A stretch of 62,067 bases of DNA, filler included, from Limisphaerales bacterium (GTDB lineage Bacteria; Verrucomicrobiota; Verrucomicrobiia; Limisphaerales; SIBE01): the NCBI GenBank assembly GCA_044225505.1. It is 5 parts of 5 records of this genome, joined end to end, with 100 filler letters (N's around TTAATTAATTAA, not from the genome) between each part and the next. Parts side by side here need not be neighbours in the genome. Positions count along the whole stretch, not along the records: positions 59,986 to 62,067 come from JBGAIN010000341.1; 4 more parts are not named here. One strand, written 5' to 3'. Both the position numbers and the translations under genes were made by a program. Positions 61,235-62,067 of this stretch are shown piece by piece; the stretch's first letter is position 1; each line of letters starts with the position of its first letter. Under the pieces are notes generated by a model that searched no databases, was not told where the DNA came from, and saw nothing but the letters and a program-made list of their open reading frames with translations.

Positions 61235-62067
61235 TCAAGGTGCCGCGGCCGCCAAGTTTTCGATTACCCGATAAAACCGAGCCGCTGGCCCGGAGACGGC
61301 TCGATCAACCGCGGATGCTTGTCCATTGGCCGTGGTTACCTCGGTGTCCAGGGACTTCCAATTCGCCGGCAAGGTCTCGGTATATTCCAGCCGGTAACTC
61401 GCGCCTGCGTGCGCGGCCCAGAGCAACGTCACTTCTCTCGTCGCAACGCGATACAAGGTGGAAATCCGAAAACTGGATTCTGCGCCTGGAAGCCGAAGCA
61501 CAAACAGGTCGCCTTGCTCGTTGAAATCGTGCGCGGCCAGGTTTGAGGCGAAACTTCGGAATACGAGCGTCCGCCCGTCCGCACCGAGGATCGGAGCGCC
61601 GGAAAAGCGATCTCCAGGCACGGTGTCCACCAAGCTTTGCGTCAAGAGGATCGTGGTTCCCTCGGTTAAGTCGCGCAGGAAGAGGTCACCGGTGTTGTTG
61701 GTGTCATTGGGAACCAAATTAGAGGCTAAACTTCCGAAAACAACGAAGCGGTCGTCCGGCGTTACGAGTGGGCTCGCGCAACGGTCGTTCGCTTGAGCTG
61801 AATTTTCTGATGAGAGACTAACCACGTTCGTTTGGCCTGTGAGACGATCGAAAAGCACGACTTGACTCGGTTGTCGTGGCGCTGCCCCGAGATATGCCAG
61901 TCGAGATCCATCCGAGCTGAGCGACCAGGCAGTGGCCCCAGGAAAAACACTCGCGGTCCGGTTCGCCGCAAATTCGTGCGCATAGACGGAGGTGGTCCCG
62001 AGCATTCGTCCCGCGAAGGTCACGGTGCTCGAATCCGGACTGAAGACAATAGGAAATAGAGACAGAG
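61235..62067 (-). CDS. Secreted TolB/PD40-like beta-propeller protein (5' end outside the window) with C-terminal sorting-like domain
   Basis: Repeats TPDDRFVVFGSLASNLVPNDTN..DLFLRD and GADGRTLVFRSFASNL; ends ARFYRVIE. Confidence 0.8.
   Translation of the reverse strand, partial: LSLFPIVFSPDSSTVTFAGRMLGTTSVYAHEFAANRTASVFPGATAWSLSSDGSRLAYLGAAPRQPSQVVLFDRLTGQTNVVSLSSENSAQANDRCASPLVTPDDRFVVFGSLASNLVPNDTNNTGDLFLRDLTEGTTILLTQSLVDTVPGDRFSGAPILGADGRTLVFRSFASNLAAHDFNEQGDLFVLRLPGAESSFRISTLYRVATREVTLLWAAHAGASYRLEYTETLPANWKSLDTEVTTANGQASAVDRAVSGPAARFYRVIENLAAAAP

Noticed and set aside
1..62067. tRNA/rRNA genes, prophage, integrase
   Set aside because: None recognised by eye; tRNAscan/barrnap were not run.

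Overview
High-GC bacterial draft/MAG sequence made of five contigs joined by artificial N-TTAATTAATTAA-N linkers (27505-27604, 54895-54994, 57392-57491, 59886-59985), so gene adjacency across those points means nothing. Gene content (PEP-CTERM protein, large secreted proteins ending in a shared 'xxRFYR' C-terminal domain, ABC-permease type) suggests Verrucomicrobiota; this is inference. Contig 1 carries gltBD, gnd, a heme-c MCP, yciH, an MFS transporter, ilvD and large secreted proteins. The ilvD is interrupted by an 86-bp duplication and carries an unusual ~180-aa insertion containing a SnoaL/NTF2-like domain. Contig 2 is a flagellar-associated region (fliD, FlgN-like, sigma54 activator, two HDOD proteins, sigma28 and sigma54 promoters) followed by a 14-kb, 8-gene glycosylation/modification island. 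That island encodes a nucleotidyltransferase-like protein, a radical SAM/SPASM enzyme, a methyltransferase, a ParB/Srx-like protein, and GT9, GT2 and CgeB-like transferases, many with TPRs. An unrecognised ~65-aa domain recurs in three of its genes; this island is the best candidate for an undescribed system. Contigs 3-5 carry prmA, a histidine phosphatase, rph, an ABC permease, a lipase and a beta-propeller protein. Two MITE-like repeat families, a REP-like pair and a Y1/RAYT transposase fragment are also present. All functional calls come from motif reading, not database searches.
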